A stretch of 64,000 nucleotides of DNA, from positions 3,744,228 through 3,808,227 of the forward strand of contig NW_019091357.1 of NCBI RefSeq assembly GCF_001949145.1, in the 5' to 3' direction. The translations under genes were made by a program, and so were the position numbers. Numbering within the stretch: the first letter of the stretch is position 1; each line of letters opens with the position of its first letter. Under the pieces are notes generated by a model. It ran no database searches. It saw nothing but the letters and a program-made list of their open reading frames with translations, and was not told the DNA's origin. Positions 63,542 through 64,000 of this stretch are shown piece after piece. This DNA is from Acanthaster planci (lineage: Eukaryota).

Positions 63542-64000
63542 GTCTAATACCCTGGAGAGAGAGAAAAAAGAAGACAAGTGGGGTTTTGTTTGTTTACTCT
63601 ACAGTCGTACACAATCACTTCAACTGCAAAAAAGCATAAACACAGTAAATGTAATACAGGGCCTTAAAATGTAGCATTTACTTTGCACATTGCAAGCCTG
63701 AAATTGTGGGATTTTCACGTCACGCGTCAGTTTGCACTCAATGACCAGTTTGACCATTTTGCGACAGTTGTACCTGTTATCAGCAAATCTGTAATAGTTG
63801 GTGTCTGCATTTGTCCAAAAAAGCCCACATATGCGTTGAACGATGGATTCAAATAAAGCAGGGAAACCGTAAACATGAAAATCTCTCCCGGCGAAATATT
63901 ACAGTTGGATGACTTTCATCGGTTAGACATGTCACGTAAAAGTTCGTTAAATTTGTAAAATTTTATTTGACCTACGAGAAACGTGAGAAGGGAAGATTAG

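Overview
Intron-rich animal genomic DNA; frequent TAGGCCTA/TACATGTA words and the gene content suggest an invertebrate deuterostome such as an echinoderm (inference only). Left to right: a ~216-bp tandem satellite that decays out to ~9.4 kb and is interrupted by a ~53-bp minisatellite; an 8-exon SLC15/POT peptide transporter (+) in which 3 of 7 introns need GC donors and intron 4 holds a solo LTR; two convergent ornithine-decarboxylase-like paralogues with the same 10-coding-exon structure, separated by an L1/Tx1 relic (the + copy has a 1-nt frameshift, the - copy is intact with a Rex1/Babar-type LINE in intron 1); a 6-exon SLC16-like MFS transporter (+) with a long overlapping alternative ORF; and a type I membrane protein (-) with one group A SRCR domain, a Thr-rich stalk and a ~320-aa tyrosine-motif-rich tail. 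Both ODC-like proteins keep the PLP lysine and the WGPTCD motif but replace the PLP-phosphate arginine and differ in the substrate-specificity segment, so they may be non-canonical decarboxylases or antizyme inhibitors. Gene models were built by hand from splice signals and frame continuity; no expression or database evidence was available. Assembly gaps are at 205-245, 2226 and 50005-50192.
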